A stretch of 64,000 bases of DNA from an uncultured bacterium (GTDB taxonomy: Bacteria; Hinthialibacterota; Hinthialibacteria; Hinthialibacterales; Hinthialibacteraceae). Shown here one piece after another: positions 1 to 9,142 of this stretch. A model generated the notes under the pieces. The model searched no databases. It saw only the letters and a list, made by a program, of their open reading frames with translations, and was not told where the DNA came from. The stretch covers positions 11,964 through 75,963 of the forward strand of contig CAZKYC010000004.1 of NCBI GenBank assembly GCA_964556895.1. Reading direction: 5' to 3'. Each line of letters starts with the position of its first letter. The first letter of the stretch is position 1. A program made the translations under genes and the position numbers.

Positions 1-75
1 CGCAATCAAAAGCCAATAGATCAATCATAAAGCCTCACAGGTAAAATTCTAGATAGATTGAACGGAGGAACCGCC

Positions 76-819
76 ATGGCAGACAGCATCCGCGTTGTAG
101 TGAACGGCGCCAAAGGGCGTATGGGATCAGAAGCGGTCAAAGCAATCAACCAAGCGCCCGACGCTACCCTGGTGGGCGCGATAGACATGGGAGACGATTT
201 AGCCAAAACGATTGAGGCCGAAAAACCTGATATCGTCGTCGATTTCACGGTCCCAGACAGCGCCTTCACAAACACCTGTATTATCGCCGACTCGCCCGCT
301 GGCGGCGTGATTGGAACCACAGGCTTCTCAACCGAACAGATTCACGAGTTGCGCCAAAAAGCGGCGATGAAAAATCCCGGCGTGATTATCGCCCCCAACT
401 TTTCGATCGGCGCCATCTTGATGATGCACTGCGCTCACATCATCGCCCACCACATGCCCCATGTTGAGATCGTCGAGATGCACCACCCCTTCAAGCTCGA
501 CGCGCCGTCAGGCACCGCGGTCAAAACAGCCGACATGATGGCCCATGCGGTCAAAGACACCGATGTTCCATGTGGAACAAACGAACAACGCTCGCGCGGT
601 GAAGTGAATAATAACATCCCAATTCATAGTATCCGCCTGCCGGGTTACCTCGCCCATCAAGAAGTCATCTTTGGCGCCGACGGCCAGACGTTGACCCTGC
701 GCCATGATACATACCATCGTTCCTGTTACATGCCGGGCGTCATGATGGCCATTCGTGAAGCCATGAACCGCGGCGGCGTAACCTATGGGCTAGAAAACAT
801 CCTGTTTCCGGCGCAATAA
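76..819 (+). CDS. dapB: 4-hydroxy-tetrahydrodipicolinate reductase
   Basis: N-terminal GAKGRMG NAD(P)-binding motif and the E(M)HHxxKxDAPSGTA catalytic motif are both present. Length is about 247 aa. A GGAGGA RBS precedes the ATG at 76 (the track ORF starts earlier, at 58). The stop overlaps the rsmG start in TAATG. Confidence 0.9.
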   Translation: MADSIRVVVNGAKGRMGSEAVKAINQAPDATLVGAIDMGDDLAKTIEAEKPDIVVDFTVPDSAFTNTCIIADSPAGGVIGTTGFSTEQIHELRQKAAMKNPGVIIAPNFSIGAILMMHCAHIIAHHMPHVEIVEMHHPFKLDAPSGTAVKTADMMAHAVKDTDVPCGTNEQRSRGEVNNNIPIHSIRLPGYLAHQEVIFGADGQTLTLRHDTYHRSCYMPGVMMAIREAMNRGGVTYGLENILFPAQ

Positions 820-1538
820 TGGACAAAACCGCCTATTTTCTGGCGTTTGACGCCCATCTAAACCGACAAAACCTCAATGTGGAACCTGCGGCGATAGAAC
901 GTTGCAGGCTCTATTTTTATTTGTTACACAAAGCCAACCAAGCCACTAACCTTACCCGGCTTGATTTGCCTAATGAATGTATCGACTACCATCTCGTTGA
1001 TTCTCTCCATCTCTATGAGGCGTTGAAGACAGAGTCGCTGTCATCACTGATAGATGTCGGTTCTGGAGCGGGCGTTCCTGGAATTCTGATGAAATGCCTC
1101 AATCCAGACATTCGCTTATCTGTCATAGATTCCGTCAAAAAGAAGATGGACTTTGTCAACGCGGCGATTCAACAACTAGAGTTAAGCGAATCAAACGCAA
1201 TCGCTGAACGTGCAGAAGCGTTGGGGCATGATAGCCAACACCGTGAATACTATGACTGCGCCACGGCGCGGGCGCTGGGTTCTCAGTCATATTGTCTAGA
1301 ACTTTGCGCCCCATTTGTGAAGATGGGTGGAGTGGTTGCCTTGTTGCGCAGCGACATCGATGAAACCACCACGCCAGACCAATTTTTTGAAACCCTGGGT
1401 TGTAAGAAAGAAAGCACTCATGAATATCAATTACCTGGGCGAGATAAGGCGTTTCGAGTGGAAATTCACCGAAAAGTTTTAACAACTCAAGAAAAGTTCC
1501 CTCGAAAACCTGTGCAAATCAAAAAGCGTCCTTTATAA
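819..1538 (+). CDS. rsmG: 16S rRNA (guanine527-N7)-methyltransferase RsmG/GidB
   Basis: SAM-binding motif DVGSGAGVPGI and overall GidB-like length and order. Sits immediately upstream of parA-parB, as in the conserved gidB-parAB arrangement. Confidence 0.85.
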   Translation: MDKTAYFLAFDAHLNRQNLNVEPAAIERCRLYFYLLHKANQATNLTRLDLPNECIDYHLVDSLHLYEALKTESLSSLIDVGSGAGVPGILMKCLNPDIRLSVIDSVKKKMDFVNAAIQQLELSESNAIAERAEALGHDSQHREYYDCATARALGSQSYCLELCAPFVKMGGVVALLRSDIDETTTPDQFFETLGCKKESTHEYQLPGRDKAFRVEIHRKVLTTQEKFPRKPVQIKKRPL

Positions 1539-1614
1539 TCGTTTCACTTTGCTTTCGACGCGCCCCTCTGGTGTGTTTTGTTGAATTCATAAGGTTCTAC
1601 ATGGAACATTAACC

Positions 1615-2433
1615 TTGGCGAGAGTTATCTGTATCATCAATCAAAAGGGTGGAGTCGGAAAGACAACATCCGCTGTTAACCTGGCTGCCTGTCTGGCCGC
1701 CAGAGACAACGAAACTCTGTTGATTGATATTGATTCTCAAGGTAACGCTACCAGCGGCTTGGGTCTCAACCGGGCGGAACTGACAAAAACTATTTTTGAT
1801 GTTCTCATCGACGAAGTTCCGTTACACAGCATCTTGAAACCGACCAAACAGGCCAAATTGAGGATCGCGCCAGCCAACAGCGATTTGTTGTCGGCAGAAC
1901 TTCACCTGGCCAGCGACCCCGATGGAAAGCGTTGCCTTAGCCGGGCGGTGGTGAAATACTTTAACGAAACACCGCCAGCGGATCAGCCAAAATACATCAT
2001 CATTGACTGTCCGCCGTCATTAGGACAGTTGTCGATAAATGCCATCTTAACCTCAGATTCGGTGATTATCCCGGTTCAGTGTGAATATTACGCCCTCGAA
2101 GGCCTGACAGATATCTTGACCACCACCACCATGCTGCGGCGGAACTTCAATACGGGATTATCGCTTGAGGGCATTCTTCTCACCATGGCTGACCGCCGCC
2201 TCAACCTCAGCCATCAGGTTGAAGAAGAAATTCGCAGCGTGTATCGTGACTATGTGTTTCAGAGCGTGATTTACCGCAGCGTCCGATTGAGTGAGGCGCC
2301 CAGCCATGGTGCGCCGATTATTCAGTATGATCCACAATCGATTGGCGCCAAAGCCTACATGGCGCTTGCAGAGGAAGTGATTGGTAATGAAACGAAAAGC
2401 CCTCGGCCGTGGCCTCTCCGCCCTTCTGTCTGA
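1615..2433 (+). CDS. parA: chromosome partitioning ATPase ParA/Soj
   Basis: Deviant Walker A KGGVGKTT near the N-terminus and ParA-family length. TTG start. Followed by parB. Confidence 0.85.
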   Translation: MARVICIINQKGGVGKTTSAVNLAACLAARDNETLLIDIDSQGNATSGLGLNRAELTKTIFDVLIDEVPLHSILKPTKQAKLRIAPANSDLLSAELHLASDPDGKRCLSRAVVKYFNETPPADQPKYIIIDCPPSLGQLSINAILTSDSVIIPVQCEYYALEGLTDILTTTTMLRRNFNTGLSLEGILLTMADRRLNLSHQVEEEIRSVYRDYVFQSVIYRSVRLSEAPSHGAPIIQYDPQSIGAKAYMALAEEVIGNETKSPRPWPLRPSV

Positions 2434-3265
2434 TTCAAGCGTAGAGACGGTCGCCGAGCCTCAAGCCAAACGGATCGAAACCATTAAGGTAGGCGCGATA
2501 GAAGCCAACCGCTGGCAGCCGCGCACCCAGTTTGATGATGATCAACTGAAAGAACTCTCAGACTCGATTCGCGCCCAGGGCGTGTTGCAACCGTTGTTGG
2601 TGAGGCGCAAGCCTGACGGCGCTGACGGCTATCAACTCATCGCGGGCGAGCGCCGCCTGCGCGCCTCAAAGCTCGCCGGGCTTGAAAATGTACCGTGCAT
2701 TCTCTTGAAGGCCCAAGAAACCCAGGCGCTCGAGATCGCCCTGGTTGAAAACATCCAACGTAGCAATCTCTCACCAGTCGAAGAAGCCCGCGCTTACAAA
2801 CAGATGTCAGAGCGTTTCAACCTGACGCAAGAAGAGATTGCAGCCAAAGTGGGAAAAAGCCGCTCGGGCGTGACCAATTCGTTGCGCTTGTTACAGCTGC
2901 CCGTTTCTGTGCTGGATATGCTTGACTGCGGCGAATTATCAGTGGGCCACGCCAAGGTGTTGCTGTCACTGAAAGAACCCGACAAGATCGAAGCGATGGC
3001 CAAAAAAGTGGTTGGCGAAGAATTAAGCGTGCGTCAGTTAGAAGACCAGTTACATAGAAAGCCCGCTCTACCGCCTAGGCCCGTCAAACCTGCCCCCGAA
3101 GACAATGACGTTTTTGTTTCTGATATGAAGCGAAAACTCGAAGAAGCCCTCCAAACCAAGGTTGATATACGCATGAAAGGCAAAGACAAAGGGCGTATCG
3201 ACATTCATTTTTATGATTTAGATCAACTTGATCACATTTTATCGTTATGGAAAATTTCACTCTAA
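2387..3265 (+). CDS. parB: chromosome partitioning protein ParB/Spo0J
   Basis: ParB-box motifs are present (GERRLRA, plus an HTH region). An N-terminal KRKALGRGLSALL motif is also present. ATG at 2387 was chosen; an in-frame TTG lies at 2381. Overlaps the parA 3-prime end. Confidence 0.85.
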   Translation: MKRKALGRGLSALLSDSSVETVAEPQAKRIETIKVGAIEANRWQPRTQFDDDQLKELSDSIRAQGVLQPLLVRRKPDGADGYQLIAGERRLRASKLAGLENVPCILLKAQETQALEIALVENIQRSNLSPVEEARAYKQMSERFNLTQEEIAAKVGKSRSGVTNSLRLLQLPVSVLDMLDCGELSVGHAKVLLSLKEPDKIEAMAKKVVGEELSVRQLEDQLHRKPALPPRPVKPAPEDNDVFVSDMKRKLEEALQTKVDIRMKGKDKGRIDIHFYDLDQLDHILSLWKISL

Positions 3266-3321
3266 GGCTATACTCTTAAGTGTAATTTGTTTCGCCATTT
3301 TTGTAGGGGACGGCGATTTAT

Positions 3322-4311
3322 ATGAGCGAAAGCGCCTTTGTGCCTATAACCGTAGATATACTGGAAAGCATTGGGGATTCCAGCGTTGATGTCTACATCC
3401 TTAGAAATGGTGATAAGCGCCCCCTGCTGTTCCGCAGTAAGAACTACCCGCTGAAAGACCGTGACTGGAACGATCTCAAACAACAAGAGAGCCTGCGGCT
3501 GGTTGTTCGCGAAGACGAAGTCGGCAATCTCGACCAGCGCTATGAAGAGACGCTGGTCGATATCGTTAAAGGCGAAAACGTTGAGGTCGAACAAAAATGT
3601 GAAGCGGTCTATAACGTTTCTTATAATTGGATGCAGCGGGTGTTTGAAACCTCAAACCCTGAATATGTGTTTCAGACGTCCGAACAGATGCTTCCTATGG
3701 TGTTGGACGTCATTTTTTCAGACAGCGACGCCGCCCACAATTTTATTGTCAAAGCCAGTGTTGACTATGCGCTCTACTCTCACTCGCTCAACGTGTGTTT
3801 GTTTGGCGTGAGTCTGGCCCATCGTATGATCGGCATATCCAAACAAGAAGCATTGACGCGATACGGCCCGGGGTTTTTGTGGCATGACCTGGGCAAGCTG
3901 TTGTTTCCTAAAGAGCTGTGGGACAAAGAAGAAGACGACGGCGAAGGCGATGACATTGAGACCATTCGCCAACACACCATCAAAGGCGTTGAAATGGTGA
4001 AAGAGTTTACCGACCTGTCTGAGGAGAGCGAGTCAATTATTCTTCATCATCACGAGCGCCTTGACGGCAGCGGCTACCCGTTTGGCTTGCGCGGCGCCGA
4101 CATTTCAGTTGGCGCGCGCATCTGCGCTATCGTTGACCGCTTCGACCACCTCAGCACCAGCAAAGAAGAACATCAGCGGATGGTTTCATTTGAGGCGCTG
4201 CGCGAGATACGCCAAGAAACGCCGCACCGCTTTGACGAAGACGTCTTCAAAGAGTTCGTCAAAATGTTTCTTTCTCCCAGCGAGGCCCAGACCATTCAAC
4301 CAAGCGCATGA
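3322..4311 (+). CDS. HD-GYP domain c-di-GMP phosphodiesterase
   Basis: HD...HHHERLDGSGYPFGL is the classic HD-GYP signature; HDLGK lies upstream of it. The stop overlaps the tsaC start (ATGA). Confidence 0.8.
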   Translation: MSESAFVPITVDILESIGDSSVDVYILRNGDKRPLLFRSKNYPLKDRDWNDLKQQESLRLVVREDEVGNLDQRYEETLVDIVKGENVEVEQKCEAVYNVSYNWMQRVFETSNPEYVFQTSEQMLPMVLDVIFSDSDAAHNFIVKASVDYALYSHSLNVCLFGVSLAHRMIGISKQEALTRYGPGFLWHDLGKLLFPKELWDKEEDDGEGDDIETIRQHTIKGVEMVKEFTDLSEESESIILHHHERLDGSGYPFGLRGADISVGARICAIVDRFDHLSTSKEEHQRMVSFEALREIRQETPHRFDEDVFKEFVKMFLSPSEAQTIQPSA

Positions 4312-4910
4312 GCAAAATCATTCCTGTCAGTTCATCCACAGCGGTAACGGAATGCGCGGCCTGGCTTGACTTGGGCGGGGTGGTCGCGTTGCCAACCGAG
4401 ACGGTGTATGGCTTGGTGTGCCGCCATGACCGCTTTGGCGCGATAGAGAAATTGTTTGAGATCAAAAACCGTCCGGTCGACAAGCCCTTCGCGTTGTTTG
4501 TGAAGTCGTTAGACACAGCGAACGCCTGGATCGAACCCAACCCGGCGGCAGAGAAACTGGCGCAGGCGTTTTGGCCGGGGCCGCTGACCTTGGTGGTTGC
4601 GTCTCACAACAGTTGTCCGGCGGCGTATGATGGGGCGGTAGGGTTGCGGTGTCCTGACTATGGGTTTGTCCAAGACCTGTTAGGCCATTGTGATGGGTCG
4701 CTGGTCAACACCAGCCTCAATGTTAGCGGCGCGCCGCCCACGAGCCGCATCGACCCAAACCACCCGATTGTTGAACGCGTTGATCTCGTGGTTGACGCGG
4801 GCGAGCTGCTGCCCCAGCAACCCTCGGCGGTGGTGGACTGCCGAACCAATCCACCGGAGATTTTGCGCCACGGCCTCATCGAATACAGTGAGATTCTTGA
4901 GGCGTTGTGA
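4308..4910 (+). CDS. tsaC: L-threonylcarbamoyladenylate synthase (YrdC/TsaC family)
   Basis: YrdC-domain motifs are present: PTETVYGL, KNRPxxKPF, and the GPLT region. About 200 aa, single-domain TsaC type. Confidence 0.75.
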   Translation: MSKIIPVSSSTAVTECAAWLDLGGVVALPTETVYGLVCRHDRFGAIEKLFEIKNRPVDKPFALFVKSLDTANAWIEPNPAAEKLAQAFWPGPLTLVVASHNSCPAAYDGAVGLRCPDYGFVQDLLGHCDGSLVNTSLNVSGAPPTSRIDPNHPIVERVDLVVDAGELLPQQPSAVVDCRTNPPEILRHGLIEYSEILEAL

Positions 4911-5017
4911 TCTTTGCTGCTTTGACGGCGCGGCCTAAAAACGATATCTATCCTTATAACACTATCTATTCTAAACTAGTTTGATATTCACCTACGATTA
5001 AAGGCAGGTTTTTTGAG

Positions 5018-6259
5018 ATGAGACAATGCGCATTCGCCGCCGCACTTTTGTTTCTGTGTATGAGCGCCGATGCGTCCTTGCGCAGCCTGCCCCATTTTCG
5101 CGTGCCTGACTGTCTGGGAGTCAACATTCATTTCGTCAACCCTGACCCTGCTGAGATGGACATGATTCAACAGGCGGGGTTCGGCGTGGTGCGTATGGAC
5201 CTGGTCTGGCAGCGGGTCGAAAAAGAAAAAGGCGTGTATGACTTTTCGGGCTATCGCGAGTTGACCGAAGCCATGCGCGAGCGCAACCAGATCCCGCTTT
5301 ACATTCTTGATTACAGCAACCCGCTCTATGAAGACAGCCGCGCGGTCGTCACCGCCGAGGGGCGGCGGGCGTTCGCCCGCTTTGCGGTCGAAGCGATGGC
5401 GCGTCTGGGCCAAGGCCCGGTCATCTGGGAAATTTGGAACGAGCCCAACCATCCCAAATTTTGGGACGTTCAACCCAGCGTCGACGACTATGTCAAGCTG
5501 GTTGAGACCACCTCGAAGCTGATGCGGCGCATCGACCCGCATTGCACCATCGCCGCCCCCGCCACGTCGCAAATCAAAATGGACTATCTGACCGAGTGTT
5601 TTGAAAACGGCCTGTTGCAATGGATTGATGTGGTGAGCGTTCATCCATACCGGACGGCCGAGCCGGAGACGGTGATCGAAGAGTATGACAGGCTGCGCGA
5701 GGCGATTGACCAATACTCGCCCGACCGTTTTGTCCCCATTGTGTCTGGGGAGTGGGGCTATTCGGTTCATGCGTATGGCGACGCCTATATAGACGAAAAA
5801 ACCCAGGCGCGGTATTTGGCGCGCCAATTTTTGACGAACTTTATCTCCGGCGTGCGCGTCAGCATCTGGTATGACTGGAGCAACGACGGCGAAGACCCCG
5901 AAGAACGCGAACACAACTTTGGCACGGTCGACCACAACCTCGAACCCAAGTTGGCCTATTGGGCGGCCAAGACGCTGACCGGGCAGCTGCGCGGCATGAC
6001 CTACATCACCCGGCTCAAAACCGAGCGCGAAGAAGACTATCTGTTACTCTTCAGCAACGGTCAACGCGAAGCCCTCGCCGCCTGGACGACCGGACGCCCT
6101 CATGTTCTTGCGCTCAAACTCGACGCTTCGATCGAAGACGCCGCCACCATGCTGGGCGACCGCATGCCGCTATACCGGGTGGGCGACAAGCTGGAGATCA
6201 AGCTGTCTCAAGACCCGATTTACCTGCAAGCCGAGCGAATCAACCCAACGCTCGATTAG
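5018..6259 (+). CDS. secreted glycoside hydrolase, GH5-like (TIM-barrel cellulase-family fold)
   Basis: N-terminal signal peptide and an IWEIWNEPN (NEP catalytic acid/base) motif typical of GH5-like hydrolases. Family assignment beyond the clan is uncertain. Confidence 0.5.
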   Translation: MRQCAFAAALLFLCMSADASLRSLPHFRVPDCLGVNIHFVNPDPAEMDMIQQAGFGVVRMDLVWQRVEKEKGVYDFSGYRELTEAMRERNQIPLYILDYSNPLYEDSRAVVTAEGRRAFARFAVEAMARLGQGPVIWEIWNEPNHPKFWDVQPSVDDYVKLVETTSKLMRRIDPHCTIAAPATSQIKMDYLTECFENGLLQWIDVVSVHPYRTAEPETVIEEYDRLREAIDQYSPDRFVPIVSGEWGYSVHAYGDAYIDEKTQARYLARQFLTNFISGVRVSIWYDWSNDGEDPEEREHNFGTVDHNLEPKLAYWAAKTLTGQLRGMTYITRLKTEREEDYLLLFSNGQREALAAWTTGRPHVLALKLDASIEDAATMLGDRMPLYRVGDKLEIKLSQDPIYLQAERINPTLD

Positions 6260-6274
6260 AATGTTGTACACTAT

Positions 6275-7768
6275 ATGGGTAGCAAAAATCTAAAATCGAG
6301 ACGCAACCAACCCATGAACCCAAGACGACCCTATAGAGCCTGGTCCGCAGTAGCGCTTTTGTTGTTCAGCGCGGTTTTGTTTCCCATTTGCGCCCAAGAG
6401 AGCGGCGCGCCTATGGTGTATTTTATTCCATTCGAGGGCGAAGTCGAAAACGCCTTGTTGGGCTTTTTGTCGCGCGGCTTTCGCGACGCCGAACAGCAGG
6501 GCGCCCAGCATATCATCTTTGAAATGGACACCCCCGGCGGACGGGTCGACTCGGCGCTCAAGATTGCCGAGCTAATCATCGACTCGCCTGTCCCGGTGAC
6601 GGTCTATGTGACCGGCAACGCCACCTCAGCCGGGGCCATCATCAGCCTGGCGGCTGAGCGCATCTTCATGCGGCAGGGGACCACCATCGGCACCGCCGCG
6701 CCCGTCACCCTAGGGCAAGAAAGCGAGACCATGAACGAAAAAGCGCTTTCGTTTGTGCTCGCCCAGGTGCGCTCAATCTGTGAGAAGCGCGAGTATGATG
6801 AGTTCACCACCCAACTCGCGCTCGCCATGGTTGACAGCGACGTCGAAGTCGTCGACCCCAATGATGAAGAAACCATCATCTCGCCCGCGGGCAAACTGTT
6901 GACCCTCACCGCCCAAGAGGCGCTTGAAGTGGGGCTAGTCAAATCGATCATTGACGCGCCGTTTCCTGAAACGCTTGAACAGGCCGAAGAAGGCCGCGGC
7001 CTGGTGGTGGCCCAACTCGGGCTAAATGAACCCCAGCGCATCTATTTTCGCGAGTCGGCCGCCGAAGCCATCGCGCGGTTTTTGTCGTCGACCTTTGTTT
7101 CGAGCCTGTTATTGACCATCGCCTTTCTTGGGCTGTTCATCGAATTTCGCTCGCCCGGGTTTGGCATCCCCGGCGCCATTGGCGTGATCGCCTTTTTGAT
7201 GTTCTTTTTCAGCCAGTCGATTACCGGCTTGGCGGGGTATGAAGGCCTGGTGCTCTTCATTCTTGGCCTTGCGTTGATGGCGGTCGAAGTGTTTATCCTG
7301 CCAGGGTTTGGCATTGCGGGGCTTGCGGGCATTTTGTGCTTACTCGTCTCGGTGGTGTTGACGCTGTTAGAAACGCCCATCACCGCGCCTGGGTTTTTTG
7401 AAACCTTTGAACCGGGCGACCTGACGCGCCCGATCATGATCACCACCTTCGCGTTTTGTCTGGGCCTGATCGGCGCCATGGCGTCTCCGTTGTTGGTCCC
7501 CATCATGGCTGACCGCCGGATGTTTGGAAACTGGCTGGTACTCAATGATTCGCAAAAACGCGAAGCCGGGTACCATAGCGCCGAAGACGGGCTTGACTCT
7601 CTGGTCGGCCAACGCGGCCTGGCGCGCACCACCCTGCGCCCGGCGGGCATCGCAGAAGTCGGCGGACGCCGCATCGACGTCGTCAGCCAGGGCGGATACA
7701 TCAAAACCAATTCAGCGGTCGAAGTAATAAAAGTCGAAGGACGCCGTATTGTAGTGAAGACGGTATAA
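6275..7768 (+). CDS. NfeD-family membrane-bound serine protease (ClpP-class protease domain + TM + C-terminal OB-fold)
   Basis: The N-terminal domain has a GNATSAGA serine-protease motif. Hydrophobic TM block in the middle. The C-terminal (RPAGxAxxxGxRIDVVSxGxxI...V.V) OB-fold is typical of long-form NfeD. An alternative ATG start is at 6314. Confidence 0.65.
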   Translation: MGSKNLKSRRNQPMNPRRPYRAWSAVALLLFSAVLFPICAQESGAPMVYFIPFEGEVENALLGFLSRGFRDAEQQGAQHIIFEMDTPGGRVDSALKIAELIIDSPVPVTVYVTGNATSAGAIISLAAERIFMRQGTTIGTAAPVTLGQESETMNEKALSFVLAQVRSICEKREYDEFTTQLALAMVDSDVEVVDPNDEETIISPAGKLLTLTAQEALEVGLVKSIIDAPFPETLEQAEEGRGLVVAQLGLNEPQRIYFRESAAEAIARFLSSTFVSSLLLTIAFLGLFIEFRSPGFGIPGAIGVIAFLMFFFSQSITGLAGYEGLVLFILGLALMAVEVFILPGFGIAGLAGILCLLVSVVLTLLETPITAPGFFETFEPGDLTRPIMITTFAFCLGLIGAMASPLLVPIMADRRMFGNWLVLNDSQKREAGYHSAEDGLDSLVGQRGLARTTLRPAGIAEVGGRRIDVVSQGGYIKTNSAVEVIKVEGRRIVVKTV

Positions 7769-7789
7769 GCCTGGGTTCGGGAGGGCGAC

Positions 7790-8266
7790 ATGTTTCTCAC
7801 AATTGTGTTGTTGATGTTGACAGGCGTGTTGTTGATATTCGCTGAGTTGTTTGTGCCCGGCGGCGTGTTGGGCGTCATGGGCGTGATGTTGATGGGCATC
7901 GCGGTCTATCTGTGTTTTGGCGAATACGGCTCGCAGGTCGGCCTCGGCGTGTTGTTGTTTTCGATTCTGTTGACCATCACCGCGGTAGTCAGCGCGTTTA
8001 CCATCTTGCCCAAGACCTATATGGGGCGCGCGTTTATCTTGTCAGACGCCACCTCAAAAGAGCGCGGCTATCACTCTGACTCATACATCGACGACAATTT
8101 GGTCGGTAAGTCAGGCGTCGCCGAAAGCGAACTGCGCCCGGCAGGCATCGCCATCATCGACGGCGCGCGCATCGACGTGGTGACTGACAACGAGTTTGTC
8201 GAACACGGCTCGCGGGTCGAAGTGTTGCGCGTCGACGGCAACCGGGTAGTGGTGAAGCAGGTGTAG
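7790..8266 (+). CDS. NfeD-family short-form protein (TM segments + OB-fold)
   Basis: Two or three N-terminal TM helices. The C-terminal motif LRPAGIAIIDGARIDVVTDNEFVEHGSRVEVLRVDGNRVVV is paralogous to the C-terminus of the upstream gene. Confidence 0.6.
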   Translation: MFLTIVLLMLTGVLLIFAELFVPGGVLGVMGVMLMGIAVYLCFGEYGSQVGLGVLLFSILLTITAVVSAFTILPKTYMGRAFILSDATSKERGYHSDSYIDDNLVGKSGVAESELRPAGIAIIDGARIDVVTDNEFVEHGSRVEVLRVDGNRVVVKQV

Positions 8267-8330
8267 AAGAATGGGCGCCAGGGCAAGACCGAAAATTCGC
8301 CGTGGCGAAGGCAGCCCTTGATTCAATACT

Positions 8331-8378
8331 CTGATCCTGGCTGGCGCCTGACGGCGCCTTCCCCTCTTAAAAACGGTA
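8331..8378. repeat. REP-like GC hairpin element (divergent copy)
   Basis: GATCCTGGCTGGCGCCTGACGGCGCCTTCCCCTCTTAAAAACGG. Confidence 0.55.
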
Positions 8379-8528
8379 GTTCGAAGCGGCGGCTATTTGG
8401 GTCGGTATTAGAGAGGATTGATTTGCCTCCCAGATTTATGGAAGCCTGAACCAGAGGTGGAGATTGATCTGAAAGAAGATGAGCCAAAACGGCTGAGCCG
8501 TCGACGTGAGAACAGATGTTCTATAAGC

Positions 8529-8557
8529 ATTGAAAGAATTCGCGCGGCTTCGTATAC
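8529..8557 (+). promoter_or_regulatory. sigma70-like promoter candidate for rpsU (TTGAAA-N17-TATACT)
   Basis: TTGAAA at 8529-8534, 17-nt spacer, TATACT at 8552-8557. Sits about 75 nt upstream of the rpsU GTG start. Confidence 0.45.
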
Positions 8558-8632
8558 TATGGGCTCGCGTGAGCGGCGCCCATGTCGCGCCGTTAAGCCC
8601 CAACCCCACTATAGAAGGGTGTGTGATAGTTC

Positions 8633-8830
8633 GTGGTTGAAGTTGAAGTCCGTGAAGACGAAGACATACAGTCAGCGCTCAAGCGGTTCAAGCGGAAGTG
8701 TATCAAAGAAGCCATCCCGCAAGATATCCGCAAAAACGCCTATTATGAAAAACCCAGCGTGAAGAAGCGCAAGAAACACCTCAAAGCGGTCAAACGCCAG
8801 AAGAAAAACCGCTTGAAGGTGCGCAACTAA
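8633..8830 (+). CDS. rpsU: 30S ribosomal protein S21
   Basis: VREDEDIQSALKRFKRKC...YYEKPSVKKRKK...KRQKK matches the S21 consensus. GTG start preceded by GAAGGG. 65 aa. Confidence 0.85.
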   Translation: MVEVEVREDEDIQSALKRFKRKCIKEAIPQDIRKNAYYEKPSVKKRKKHLKAVKRQKKNRLKVRN

Positions 8831-8910
8831 CGCGCAAATTAGACGTACCCGGCTTTATCTATCATACGCAGTAAAAAAACTCACGCGTGGAACCAAGTTC
8901 CAAACAATAA

Positions 8911-8940
8911 CCGGAAAGGCATTTTGCCTTTCCGGTTTTC
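8911..8940 (+). terminator. Rho-independent terminator after rpsU
   Basis: CCGGAAAGGC-ATTTT-GCCTTTCCGG perfect 10-bp stem followed by TTTTC. Confidence 0.6.
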
Positions 8941-8980
8941 ATTGTCAGTGTATGGTCATGTATGTTGTAGTGCGTTTAGC

Positions 8981-9035
8981 GGATCCCCCCTGTCCGCTAA
9001 CGCGGACTTCCCCCCTTAAAAAAGGGGGGGCTTTT
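8981..9035. repeat. REP-like GC hairpin element
   Basis: GGATCCCCCCTGTCCGCTAACGCGGACTTCCCCCCTTAAAAAAGGGGGGG. Confidence 0.7.
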
Positions 9036-9142
9036 ATCGCGAGTATCATCCAACCACCCAGAAAATGATTCACACCCATGCCGTACATAACGTGATTCAA
9101 TGAAAAGGGGGCGGGATTTTGTGTCTATGAATCGATCAATAC

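Noticed and set aside
4988-5935. 315-aa ORF antisense to the GH5-like gene. Similar long antisense ORFs include 7042..7899, 22520..23191, 30977..31528 and 37712..38494.
   Set aside because: These are typical stop-poor antisense frames in GC-rich coding DNA. They have low-complexity Arg/Ala/Pro-rich translations. The opposite-strand genes have clear family motifs.
8418-8762. 114-aa ORF overlapping rpsU in another frame.
   Set aside because: Arg/Ser-rich low-complexity translation. rpsU on the same strand has an unambiguous S21 signature, promoter and terminator.
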